From NCBI GenBank assembly GCA_949841325.1, contig CATKZK010000001.1, positions 4,733-68,732 of the forward strand: a stretch of DNA of 64,000 nucleotides, in the 5' to 3' direction. This DNA comes from an uncultured Bacilli bacterium (GTDB taxonomy: Bacteria > Bacillota_I > Bacilli_A > RF39 > UBA660). Within the stretch, counting starts at the first letter, position 1. Every line of letters starts with the position of its first letter. A program made the position numbers and the translations under genes. A model generated the notes under the pieces. That model was not told the origin of the DNA and did not search any database. It saw nothing but the letters and a program-made list of their open reading frames with translations. Shown here one piece after another: positions 41,582 to 51,476 of the stretch.

Positions 41582-41828
41582 ATCTTCTTTTCCTTTTCTT
41601 ATTTCTTCCTAATGCTATTATAACATATATGTTCATATTGTTTCTCTTGAATGTGTGGATAGTATCCCAAAGAGTTTTCTTTTTTAATTATCAAATGACT
41701 TACTCGTAATTATTTTTAGATTATATTTAAAATAATTAAAAATTTATACCCAAAAGAAAAAGGTAAATTTTTAAAACTTACCTTTTCTAATAAAGGAATA
41801 TATTTAATATAACCTTCATTCAATTAAT

Positions 41829-42965
41829 TTACTTTATTATTTTCTTTTCTAAATGAATGTGTTTAATTTTTTCATCTGTTTTTATTATACTCGGATTAAG
41901 TCCAAAGAACCTGTTATTATTGTTTCTAGTTGTTTTTCCAGGAATAATGATTTCTTTATCGATTAACGGTTCTAGTACTTCTTGATATATCTTTTGAGGA
42001 TTCCTTCTAGGATTTAAATGATTATAAAAAGTTGTGAAATCATAGTATGTAAGAATACCTTGCATTGATAAGATATAGTATAATGTTTGTAAATTTGCAT
42101 CGGATAATTCAAATCTAGCACTATCAGATATTATTTCCATCGCGTATTCTTTTTCAAGTTCAATTAATACATTTCTTAACATGTAATTTAGGAAATAAGT
42201 GACATTATGATATTTTCTACCATCTCTAATGACAAGATAATATTTGCTTTTGTCCAGTTGAATAGCACGATTAAATATTATATATGGGTAGGCTTGATTT
42301 TTTAGCAAGTACCACATAGCTGTCGTTCTTGCTGCTCGTCCATTTAGATCATAATATGGATGAAGGTATGCAAAATAAAAATGGGCAACTTGTGAACGAA
42401 TAAAATAATCCGTCATGCAAGTAATATTATTTGAACTATTTAAGTATTCTATTAAAATATTCATTTTCTCGTCAAGTTCACTTGCTTCAACTCCTAAGTC
42501 TGGTTCTTTGGTAATTAAACTTGAATAGAAAATGTACACGGGATTTTTTCGATAATATTCTCCCATATTAGATTTATCCTCTTCACTTAACAATTGATCT
42601 GAGAGTATACTATATAATTCTTTTAAAGTGTCTTTATTTATCTCTTTATTCTGTAGGATAAATTTATATCCATAATATAAATTTAAAATCCTGCGTTGTT
42701 GTTCTTCATCTAACTCGGCTGTAGGATGTTTGATGATTCGTTTTACTTGAGTAATATCATCTAAATATCCTTCTATTGTATTATTTGATTTTATTTCTTG
42801 ACCAAACAATACTCTTTTTGAAAAATCTCTATTATTCATATAATTGATATCTTCTAAAAATTTTTCTAATTCTTCTTTATATTTATTTAAGTCATCTGCT
42901 ATTAAATAAAGTCTACTCGATTCTAGTGGTAATGGTAAATAACTTCTACTCTTTATTACTTGCAT
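41829..42965 (-). CDS. Fic/Doc family protein with a variant Fic motif
   Basis: HPYYDLNGRAARTTAMWYLL matches HPFx[DE]GNGRxxR except Gly->Leu at motif position 6. Confidence 0.6.
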   Translation of the reverse strand: MQVIKSRSYLPLPLESSRLYLIADDLNKYKEELEKFLEDINYMNNRDFSKRVLFGQEIKSNNTIEGYLDDITQVKRIIKHPTAELDEEQQRRILNLYYGYKFILQNKEINKDTLKELYSILSDQLLSEEDKSNMGEYYRKNPVYIFYSSLITKEPDLGVEASELDEKMNILIEYLNSSNNITCMTDYFIRSQVAHFYFAYLHPYYDLNGRAARTTAMWYLLKNQAYPYIIFNRAIQLDKSKYYLVIRDGRKYHNVTYFLNYMLRNVLIELEKEYAMEIISDSARFELSDANLQTLYYILSMQGILTYYDFTTFYNHLNPRRNPQKIYQEVLEPLIDKEIIIPGKTTRNNNNRFFGLNPSIIKTDEKIKHIHLEKKIIK

Positions 42966-43026
42966 TCTGAATCCCCCTTAAATTGGGGTATATGATACCA
43001 TGAATTCCCTTATTTTTCAAATTGTT

Positions 43027-43284
43027 CTAAAAATATATTAGTATTAGTTTTTTACCCTTTTTAGTAACATCTACTTTATGTGGCTCTATAAAACTAATAT
43101 TAGTACCTGCTATATAAAGAATTCTTCCTTGCCTAAACTCACACGTAGCATTATTAAAACTACACGTAGTTCTTATTCTTTTTTCTAGTTCTTCTGATTT
43201 TATAAATTTTTCTCTAAAAAATCTCCATTTTTTACACCATTTTTTAGTAAAAACAAAAACCGTGGATTTTCCTTTTATTTCCAC
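43027..43284 (-). CDS. small basic hypothetical protein
   Basis: 85-aa ORF directly upstream of the Fic gene. Confidence 0.3.
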   Translation of the reverse strand: MEIKGKSTVFVFTKKWCKKWRFFREKFIKSEELEKRIRTTCSFNNATCEFRQGRILYIAGTNISFIEPHKVDVTKKGKKLILIYF

Positions 43285-43330
43285 GGCTTTCTCTATGTTT
43301 TAACTCCATTTTTTGAAGCGTATTTGCACT

Positions 43331-43404
43331 TGGCAGAGGATGAGAGAATCGAACTCCCAGCAAAAGTTTTGGAGACTCCTATGTTACCATTACACCAATC
43401 CTCT
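43331..43404 (-). tRNA. trnW: tRNA-Trp (anticodon CCA)
   Basis: reverse complement AGAGGATTGGTGTAATGGTAACATAGGAGTCTCCAAAACTTTTGCTGGGAGTTCGATTCTCTCATCCTCTGCCA: 7-bp acceptor stem, GTTCGATTC T-loop, CUCCAAA anticodon loop, encoded 3'-CCA. Confidence 0.7.
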
Positions 43405-43507
43405 ATGTCCGACGACAAAACTATTCTATCACAATTTATTCTGTAATTCAATAAATATTCTAAAAATCTAATACGTATGTTATACTAAACAAAGAAAGAG
43501 AGAAATC

Positions 43508-44035
43508 ATGATTATAATTAGTAAAGAGTTAGGTAGCGAATTTTCTTGTATGACATCTTGTATAGAGGAATATAATGCTGGAAATAAAGACTTAATTGAC
43601 TATATGTATTATGTAGTAAGCGAATTAGAGGAATGTAAAAATAGAGGACTAAAGTCATACTATAAATATCTTCTTTCTGTTTCTTTCTTTTCTCTTTTTT
43701 ATAAGAAAGCTTCTCTTCAACCTTTACTTGAGTTAAGTAAAAAAGAATTAAAACTTTTTAAGGAGTGGGTAAAATTATTATCTCATTATATAAAAAAAGT
43801 AAAGAAAAGTGAGGATTATACTTATCTAAATACAGTGAATCTACTTCTTTTAGGGAATGATTCATTAGATAAAGTTAGCGAATATGTTAAGTATTTTACT
43901 TCTATTCAAGAAGATAGAGAAATACATATAGGAAATACGTATTACTTAGAGCAGAAAGAACATCAAAAGGAGATAGAAAAGAACTTAAAAATAATGAAAT
44001 CAATTACAATGAGTGGAGGTAAAGAAAATGATTAA
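43508..44035 (+). CDS. hypothetical protein
   Basis: 175-aa ORF. Confidence 0.4.
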   Translation: MIIISKELGSEFSCMTSCIEEYNAGNKDLIDYMYYVVSELEECKNRGLKSYYKYLLSVSFFSLFYKKASLQPLLELSKKELKLFKEWVKLLSHYIKKVKKSEDYTYLNTVNLLLLGNDSLDKVSEYVKYFTSIQEDREIHIGNTYYLEQKEHQKEIEKNLKIMKSITMSGGKEND

Positions 44036-44110
44036 AAACTTGTTATTTTCTTACATATATGTATAATCTTTTTCTTTTTAACGATATGGACATGGCTTAG
44101 TTGGAAATAT

Positions 44111-44320
44111 GTGGCTATTTTTGGCCTTTTCTATATTGCTTTTGAAGAAACTTGCAATGGCTGTGTACTTTCACATTACCAATTTTTAGGAAAATTAGGC
44201 ATAAAGAACTATAATCGTGACCATTTATTTATTTTTATACGTTACTACTTGCCTTTATTACTTGTTATGATGGGCATTTTATTTCAAGACATTTTATCTA
44301 TTATTAAACCGATTATTTAA
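44111..44320 (+). CDS. small hydrophobic hypothetical protein
   Basis: 69-aa ORF, weak support. Confidence 0.25.
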   Translation: MAIFGLFYIAFEETCNGCVLSHYQFLGKLGIKNYNRDHLFIFIRYYLPLLLVMMGILFQDILSIIKPII

Positions 44321-44334
44321 AGGAGCAAAAAGAG

Positions 44335-45024
44335 ATGAAAAAGTACTATAAGTTTCAACTTAATATGAAAGTAATGAATGTTTTATGTATTGTGCTATTT
44401 ATTTTAGCTTTTTTTCTTTTTGCCTTGTTAGATATTCAAATCAATGCAATTTTACCAAATAATTCTTCCTTTTTCTTTTGGATTATCTTGATTTTTTATT
44501 TGTTTCTTCACGAAATATTTCATGGAATTGGTTTTTCTCTTTTTTCCAAATATAAAAAAAATATAAAATTTGGTGTCATGTTAGAAAAAGGTGTTTTTTA
44601 CGCGATGTGTCAAGAGAAAATTTCTAAAGTAGGAAGTTTAGTCTCTTTAGTATTTCCTTTATTTTTCTTAACAATACTGCCTTTGTTCGTTTGGATTATT
44701 GTTCCAATAGATCTTTTCTTTGTTCTAGCTATCTTTAATTTAATAGGTGCGATTGGTGATATTTCTCTTTGCCTACTCGTCTTAAAACTTCCTAAAGGAA
44801 TTCAATATATCGACTATGATAATGCCGTTGGTGCGTACTTTTTAAGTGATGAAGATTTATCTAAAATAACAAGTATTGGTCTTAGATGTACAGAAGTGGG
44901 TGTAGACAATGAAAGTTTAGTAAATCAAAATATTCCAATGATTTATATTTCTAAACCATCGAAGATCCTTGGAATTGTTTTGATTCTTGTCGTTTTGATT
45001 AATATCATTATAAATTATATTTAA
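44335..45024 (+). CDS. membrane protein with HExxH motif (DUF3267-like putative zincin)
   Basis: HEIFHG embedded between TM segments; 229 aa. Confidence 0.5.
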   Translation: MKKYYKFQLNMKVMNVLCIVLFILAFFLFALLDIQINAILPNNSSFFFWIILIFYLFLHEIFHGIGFSLFSKYKKNIKFGVMLEKGVFYAMCQEKISKVGSLVSLVFPLFFLTILPLFVWIIVPIDLFFVLAIFNLIGAIGDISLCLLVLKLPKGIQYIDYDNAVGAYFLSDEDLSKITSIGLRCTEVGVDNESLVNQNIPMIYISKPSKILGIVLILVVLINIIINYI

Positions 45025-45040
45025 AGGAGGAAGAAGATAT

Positions 45041-47098
45041 ATGTTAAAAAAATCAAGTGCGATTGATCGTTTATTAAGAGAAAATCCTCAATTAGGAGAG
45101 AGGAGATTTGGTTTGCCAGATATTGGCTTACGATTAGATGGAGAATACTTCAATCCAACTGTTCAAGCGATAGCGGATGCGATTGATTTTTATGGTTTTG
45201 AAGTAAGAGATGAGAATATTACGACGATTCCCGATATTGATTTAGGAAATGGAAATCCAACAAACTTTAAACCATTTCCATTATCCATCGATCGTATGAA
45301 AGCATCATTGGATTCTAAAAAGTTGTATAAATATCCTTATACAGAAGGTGATGATGAATTACGCACTATTCTTCTTGATTATGTTGAAAAGTTAGGATTT
45401 ATCAACACCCAGCCTTATAATTATGAAGACATTGATGAAAGAGGATTGACCGTTCATAATTTGACATTCTTACCGTCTACATCGATTGCCTTTAATATGA
45501 TTGTTGATATCATTTCAAAACCAGGGGATGTCATCATCGTTCCAGGACCAAACTATGGTTTATTTACAATACGCGCAGAAAGAGCGGGTGCCGAGGTTGA
45601 GATATTAGATTTAGATGAACGTGATGAATGGCTTGTTAACCCAGAAAAATTGGCAAATAAAATAGATGAAATTAATGATTCTTTACAAAAAGTATATCAT
45701 CGTCGAAAAGGATATGTTCCTCGTGTTGTTGCTTTCTTAAATATGAATCCAAGTAATCCAACGGGAAAAATCATGAGTGAAAAAGATACAGAATTACTTA
45801 CTCAAATTGCTGATGTTTGTCAGGAAAGAGGCGTTTTCATCATTGATGATTTAGTATATCGTGATTTAGCCTTTGATGAAGAAAATGTAGCAAAACCTAT
45901 AGCTACTATACCTGGATATTTTAGAAATACAATTTCAATGTTTGGCTTATCAAAAAGTTATGGAATGGCAGCTTTACGTGCGGGTTTTGTCGTAGCTGAT
46001 GAAATCATTATTCGTGAACTTATTAATCGTATTTTTCAAGAAATGGATTCTGCTCCTGATATTGTAGGACAAGCTTTAGTAGGAGCTTTTAATACGAGTG
46101 AAGAAAGAGAAAAAGTATACCAAGAGTACTTTACAGAACTAAGAGGTATTTATTCTTTTAAATACAATTTATTAAAAGCCTTAGTTGATGGGATTGGGGC
46201 AGCAGATAGAAGTTTACAAAATAAAATAAAAGAAACTGTTTTAAAAGTAATAGGTGATGAAGACCTTACAAACAAACTATTAACGGGTCTTCCTTATGTA
46301 ACATTTCCTAAGAATTTAGTGCCTGATGCGGCATTCTTCTGTATTCTTGATTTTACAAAAATTAAGGGAATGAAATACAAAGGGAATATGATTAATTCAG
46401 AAAAAGATTTATTAAAGTTTTTTTATAAAACAGGACGTATACGCTTTTTAGTAGGTCAATCCATCAGTTGGCCTTATAAAGATGAACTTGTTGGTAGAAT
46501 CACTTATGCATTAGATGATGTTATTACTATCAATGCTTTAAAACAGATGCATCTATCTTTGGAAAAATTATCACCTAAGGATGAATACGTCATAAGAAAA
46601 AATCGCCTAGAAGATCAAGAACAAATGGCTAGGATTAAAGTTGATGGTTGGCGAAATGCTTATGACAATATTGTCTCTTCTAAATATTTAAAGAAGTTAA
46701 ATTACGAAGAACAAACAAGAAGATATATAGCCTCTTTTGATGAATATAAAGATCTTGTTTTAGTCGCTGTAAAGAATAAAGAAGTATTGGGATATTCTTG
46801 TTTTAATCCTCAAAATGAGAAGTATGATGCTGAACTTGTGAGTCTTTATATAAAACCAAACTATTTAAATCAGGGAATAGGAACTACTTTATTTAAAGAA
46901 ACGGCTAAAGAGTTAGGAGAACAAAATAAAAAGAATATGATTGTTTGGTGTTTTAAAGATAATCAAAATGCTCGAGTGTTTTATGAGGATTTAGGAGGAA
47001 AAGTAGTCGAAGAAAAAATCGTGACGATAGGCGATGAGACTTACGGAGAAGTAGGATATTATTTTGATATAAATAGATTAAATGAAAATCCCTTTTAA
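45041..47098 (+). CDS. class I/II PLP-dependent aminotransferase fused to a C-terminal GNAT acetyltransferase domain
   Basis: PLP-Lys motif FGLSKSYGMAALRAGFVVA; C-terminal GNAT core (LGYSCFNP...LYIKPNYLNQGIGTTLFKE). Confidence 0.7.
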   Translation: MLKKSSAIDRLLRENPQLGERRFGLPDIGLRLDGEYFNPTVQAIADAIDFYGFEVRDENITTIPDIDLGNGNPTNFKPFPLSIDRMKASLDSKKLYKYPYTEGDDELRTILLDYVEKLGFINTQPYNYEDIDERGLTVHNLTFLPSTSIAFNMIVDIISKPGDVIIVPGPNYGLFTIRAERAGAEVEILDLDERDEWLVNPEKLANKIDEINDSLQKVYHRRKGYVPRVVAFLNMNPSNPTGKIMSEKDTELLTQIADVCQERGVFIIDDLVYRDLAFDEENVAKPIATIPGYFRNTISMFGLSKSYGMAALRAGFVVADEIIIRELINRIFQEMDSAPDIVGQALVGAFNTSEEREKVYQEYFTELRGIYSFKYNLLKALVDGIGAADRSLQNKIKETVLKVIGDEDLTNKLLTGLPYVTFPKNLVPDAAFFCILDFTKIKGMKYKGNMINSEKDLLKFFYKTGRIRFLVGQSISWPYKDELVGRITYALDDVITINALKQMHLSLEKLSPKDEYVIRKNRLEDQEQMARIKVDGWRNAYDNIVSSKYLKKLNYEEQTRRYIASFDEYKDLVLVAVKNKEVLGYSCFNPQNEKYDAELVSLYIKPNYLNQGIGTTLFKETAKELGEQNKKNMIVWCFKDNQNARVFYEDLGGKVVEEKIVTIGDETYGEVGYYFDINRLNENPF

Positions 47099-47221
47099 TT
47101 TACTGTAGAAGAACGATAGTTCTTCTTTTTTGTGATAAAAAGCGCATTTTATATTCCACTATTTTCTATTGAAAAATACCTTCTGATTTGCTATGATAAG
47201 ACCTAAATGTGAGGGATTAAA

Positions 47222-48319
47222 ATGGAATATTACAAGATGGATGAAGTGGAACTGCGAATAAGACGTATAAAGAATTTAAAAAGCATTCATGCCTTCTTTC
47301 TTCAAAATCAAGAAAAATTTGTTCTTTCTGTAACAACAGAAACAGATAATATCATTGTTGATAATCATCATCCTCATTTTATGCTTTTTCTCACCTCTCT
47401 TGCCAATGCTTATTTTGATGAATGTGATACACGTAGAATTTTAGTGCTTAATCCTGATGTTATTAGTCTCTTAAAAGAAAATAAACAAAATCAAATAACA
47501 AGATCATCTTTTATACCTGTTGAAAAAATAGAGTATCAAAGTAATGAACTTCGTTTTTTCACTACCTTTATTTATGAAGCTTTAGCAGTTGTCTTTGGAT
47601 GTAATGGAGTAGAAATTACTCGTTTTAGCCCGATGAAAGGTATGCGTACTTTCTTTCATATGTTTGCAGAAACAAAGGGCAATACGTATATCTTACCTAT
47701 AAAGTATAGTAAAAAAAGTGAAAATAAAATTGTCCTTGAGATTGGCAATGTTGTAGGAACCTCTCTTCATTTGGAAATTCGTTATTCTCCTTCAGGTGTA
47801 CGTATTTATTTCCATGGAGGATCTATTCCTTTAGTAGGTACCATTATATATGAACTAGACCAGGAACCTACTCATGAAGTAGAAGTGATGTATGAAAATC
47901 AAATGAGTTTTTATAATCGTGAGAGTCTAGTAGGCGAAGAAATGAATGGGAAAATGGCTTACTCGCTTTCTCCAGAATTTACGATACTTTATCAGGAAGA
48001 AGAAAGTACAAAGGATACTGAATATCGATTGGAAACAGAAGAATTTAAAAAGTGTGTTCATTTAAAAGAAAAGTGGCGTTTCATTGGAGAAATAAAGTGT
48101 CCTGTCTACACCGATTACGAAGGCTATGAAGAATATAAAATAGGTAATAATTTTTCTCTTGTTCAAAAATATAATATCGATAATCAATATAGTATTGACG
48201 ATATTCATTTGATCTTAAAAGAGGGGGAAAAAGAGATTATTCCTCCTAAAGGCATGACAGAAGAGCTAAAGAGTTTAGATGAACGAGTTATTCGTTTACG
48301 ATTAGAAAGGAAAGAGTAA
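47222..48319 (+). CDS. hypothetical protein
   Basis: 365-aa ORF; translationally coupled to the next gene (3-nt gap). Confidence 0.45.
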   Translation: MEYYKMDEVELRIRRIKNLKSIHAFFLQNQEKFVLSVTTETDNIIVDNHHPHFMLFLTSLANAYFDECDTRRILVLNPDVISLLKENKQNQITRSSFIPVEKIEYQSNELRFFTTFIYEALAVVFGCNGVEITRFSPMKGMRTFFHMFAETKGNTYILPIKYSKKSENKIVLEIGNVVGTSLHLEIRYSPSGVRIYFHGGSIPLVGTIIYELDQEPTHEVEVMYENQMSFYNRESLVGEEMNGKMAYSLSPEFTILYQEEESTKDTEYRLETEEFKKCVHLKEKWRFIGEIKCPVYTDYEGYEEYKIGNNFSLVQKYNIDNQYSIDDIHLILKEGEKEIIPPKGMTEELKSLDERVIRLRLERKE

Positions 48320-48321
48320 CA

Positions 48322-50454
48322 GTGGCAAATAAATTTAAAATTCCATTTCTTAATAAAAAAGAAGAGAGTGAAGAAAAGCAAACATTTAGCAATGCTTTTG
48401 AATCTCTATACGCACTAGCAGAAACTAAAAGAGCAACATCCATTATGGAACATATGAATAGAATAAAAGGGCATTCTGAAAATTGTTATTTTGAAAGTGA
48501 AGAAGCTTACTTAGAATTTGTAGAAACTGTTTTAAATAATCCTGTTTTGATAACAAAAGATTTTAAAACTCTTTACGAAGAAGGAGAAGGTATTTATCGC
48601 AGTTTAAAAGAACATAAGAAACTATTTAAGCACTTTTATCAAACCAAAGGACTTTATGAAAATGGTGCTGTTTTAAAAGAATGCCTTTCATTATTTGAAG
48701 ATCCTACCAATTATATGGCAATTATGGAAGCCCTTCTCTACAAAGGGTATCCTTTTAAAGATCGAAAGACTTTAATCGAGTTATTTACCAATATAGCTAT
48801 CTATACAGTAGGCGATAATGATTACTGTGCCGCCTTACTTTACTTTGCTAACCATGCGGAGATGAAGGGAGACTATCAAAAGACAGCAGATGAAATTATC
48901 GGAATTGCAAAGAAAAAGATTGGTTTATATGATGAATTAGATGAAAAAACACTTGCTAAATGGCAAACAATCATCAAAGAGGCTGCTAAACCAATTGTTG
49001 ATTTAGAAAAATCCCGCAAAGAAATTGCCTCTTTAATGCAAGATCTTGCAAGCTATAAAACGGAAGCACAAATTGTTGATAAAACAATTAATGAAAAATT
49101 AAATCAATTTGAAGATTATGTTGATCATTCTATTTTAAAACATCAAGAAGAAATGAAAGCTGCTTATGTCGAACTTGTAGCTAAACTTCGTAATGTTTCG
49201 TTCACTTTAGAGGGAGAACTTAGTCGTTCGGCGGAAAGAAAAGCTTTAGATATTGCCAATCGAACACTTGAGAAAATGCAAAATGAGGCGCATGAACTTT
49301 CCTCTGTTTCAACTAATGTAAAATCTTCTATGCAAGATCTTGAGAAATTAAAAGCAGAACTGGAAACAAAATTAGAAGAAGGTTTAAAATCTATTGAAAA
49401 GTCCTTGTTAGGTTCAGAAAATGTTGATTTTAGTAAAATAAAAGAGCTTATTTCAACGAATTCTAATGAAGGTAAAACAACGGAAAAAATTATTCTTCCA
49501 AGTGCGCCTATCACTTTCCAAGGAGAGATATTTGCCAAAGAAGAAACGGAAGTGCCAAAAGTTTTGCCTTGCTTTGATCCAACAATCCCTTTTAAAGAAA
49601 GATACCAACAATTGATGAAGATAAAGAAAAAGCAGCAAGAAAAAGGCATTATTTATAATGAACGTTTAGAAGATTGCCTTTATGCCATTCTAGCCAATAG
49701 AACCATTTATCTTTATGGACCGACAGGAGCTGGGAAATCGACTTTAATTAAACAACTTGAAGATTTCTTTCCTGTTCCGTTTATTCCTGTTGATTATATC
49801 GATGATAAGTTTGAAGTGAGCGGAGGAAATACGGCTAATGGAGGATATTCTCGTTCAAAAATATATGATTGTTATCGTCTAGGGTATATTGCTTATTATG
49901 ATGAAATAGATAACGGTTCCGCTAAATCTACGATTAAACTTCATCCTTTTATGGATGGATTAAGAGATTCGTATTCATTTCCTGTTGTTGGAAAAGTAAA
50001 TCGTCACCCAAATTTTCGCGTTATTGTTGCGGGTAACACTTCTGGTATGGGAGCAACAAGCGCCTATAATACGCGTGCCAAATTGGATGAAGGTACTATC
50101 CGTCGAGTTGAATATATTCCCATTGATTACGATACGAAATATGAAAAATTCATTTTAAAAGAATATCCAGAATGGTTTGCTTTTGTCATGTTATATCGCA
50201 AAGCAGTTAAGAACTATTGGATCGAACAAGATGATCAAATTCGTGGGCAAATATCAACAGCACATGTATCACATTTAGCCTTTGATTTAAGTCAAAATAT
50301 TCGCAGTGAAGAGAAAATTTTAGAAAGAATGTTTGTTGAGCCAAAATCTGATGATTATCTAAATTTCATTACTAAGTATATGGAAAATCACAATGATGAA
50401 AAAGCAAAAAAATTAGTAAAAGAGTTTGCCTCTTTAGTAGAGAAGCGATCATGA
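48322..50454 (+). CDS. coiled-coil protein with C-terminal AAA_5 / MoxR-type ATPase domain
   Basis: Walker A YLYGPTGAGKSTL, Walker B AYYDEID, sensor FRVIVAGNTSG; ~450-aa helical/coiled-coil N-terminal region. Confidence 0.65.
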   Translation: MANKFKIPFLNKKEESEEKQTFSNAFESLYALAETKRATSIMEHMNRIKGHSENCYFESEEAYLEFVETVLNNPVLITKDFKTLYEEGEGIYRSLKEHKKLFKHFYQTKGLYENGAVLKECLSLFEDPTNYMAIMEALLYKGYPFKDRKTLIELFTNIAIYTVGDNDYCAALLYFANHAEMKGDYQKTADEIIGIAKKKIGLYDELDEKTLAKWQTIIKEAAKPIVDLEKSRKEIASLMQDLASYKTEAQIVDKTINEKLNQFEDYVDHSILKHQEEMKAAYVELVAKLRNVSFTLEGELSRSAERKALDIANRTLEKMQNEAHELSSVSTNVKSSMQDLEKLKAELETKLEEGLKSIEKSLLGSENVDFSKIKELISTNSNEGKTTEKIILPSAPITFQGEIFAKEETEVPKVLPCFDPTIPFKERYQQLMKIKKKQQEKGIIYNERLEDCLYAILANRTIYLYGPTGAGKSTLIKQLEDFFPVPFIPVDYIDDKFEVSGGNTANGGYSRSKIYDCYRLGYIAYYDEIDNGSAKSTIKLHPFMDGLRDSYSFPVVGKVNRHPNFRVIVAGNTSGMGATSAYNTRAKLDEGTIRRVEYIPIDYDTKYEKFILKEYPEWFAFVMLYRKAVKNYWIEQDDQIRGQISTAHVSHLAFDLSQNIRSEEKILERMFVEPKSDDYLNFITKYMENHNDEKAKKLVKEFASLVEKRS

Positions 50455-51431
50455 GAGATTATCTAAACATTTATGAAGATAAAGAAGGCTATCGCCATTT
50501 TGACTATTATTTTCCTTCACTATCTTCCTTTGTAAAATATACAAGAGAAGCCCCAATTAATGAAAAGATTTTTACGCGTTTTAAAAGAGCTTCAGAGAGT
50601 ACTTTGCTTGCTTATGGGGCTGACACCTTAGAAGAAACTTTTGATCATCTAATCAGTGGATATCACAATCAATATCCTGAATATCGGAGGATTAGCCAAA
50701 TAAAAAACATCTCTTTTTATCGTCCTATAGAAGAGATAAATGAAACAACGGTTCTAAGTTATGATGGTGGATATGTTGATATAAATGCTTATTTAGCAGG
50801 AGAGGCAAAATGTATGCGTAAGACAGTTTATCAAGAAACAAGGAGCTTTATCAATTTTTATATTCAATTGCTTTTTTCGTCCGATGTAACAGAAAAGGAA
50901 AATATTCATCGCGGAATTATTGCTTTAGAAATTATTAGAGCATTAGAACAATCGGGAGTTTCTGTAAATATTATAGGAATTGCAGGATTGGTTACTCAAA
51001 ATGATAATTACAGAGAAGAAATGATGCTTAAGATTAATTTAAAATCGTCTAATATGCCATTTAATGAGTCAAAATGTATTGGACCTTTAACTCGTATTGA
51101 ATTTCCAAGGAGAGCTATAATGCGACTTGTCGAGACAACTCCATTTGACTTTAGTTTAGCTGACGATTTGAGATTAACATATGGAAGAGCGAAAGAATTT
51201 GATGATTTAAAACCAATTCTTCCTTTGAAACAAGGAGATATCTATTTAGGAAATCCTCGTTATCTAGGAATAAGACCAGGATATACAATTGAGAAAAAAG
51301 AGCGTTTTAAAAAGTCAAGTGAAGCCAAGCGATATATAATTCGTGGAGAAGACATCTATAAAGATTTTGAAACTACTTTAGAATGCCTCCAATTGGAGAA
51401 TGTAATAAAGTTAAAAAAAAGATTGAAATAA
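50451..51431 (+). CDS. hypothetical protein
   Basis: 326-aa ORF overlapping the previous stop by 4 nt. Confidence 0.45.
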   Translation: MRDYLNIYEDKEGYRHFDYYFPSLSSFVKYTREAPINEKIFTRFKRASESTLLAYGADTLEETFDHLISGYHNQYPEYRRISQIKNISFYRPIEEINETTVLSYDGGYVDINAYLAGEAKCMRKTVYQETRSFINFYIQLLFSSDVTEKENIHRGIIALEIIRALEQSGVSVNIIGIAGLVTQNDNYREEMMLKINLKSSNMPFNESKCIGPLTRIEFPRRAIMRLVETTPFDFSLADDLRLTYGRAKEFDDLKPILPLKQGDIYLGNPRYLGIRPGYTIEKKERFKKSSEAKRYIIRGEDIYKDFETTLECLQLENVIKLKKRLK

Positions 51432-51476
51432 AGAAAAAATAAGGTATAATAAATTCTTAAGAAAGAGGGCCTATAC

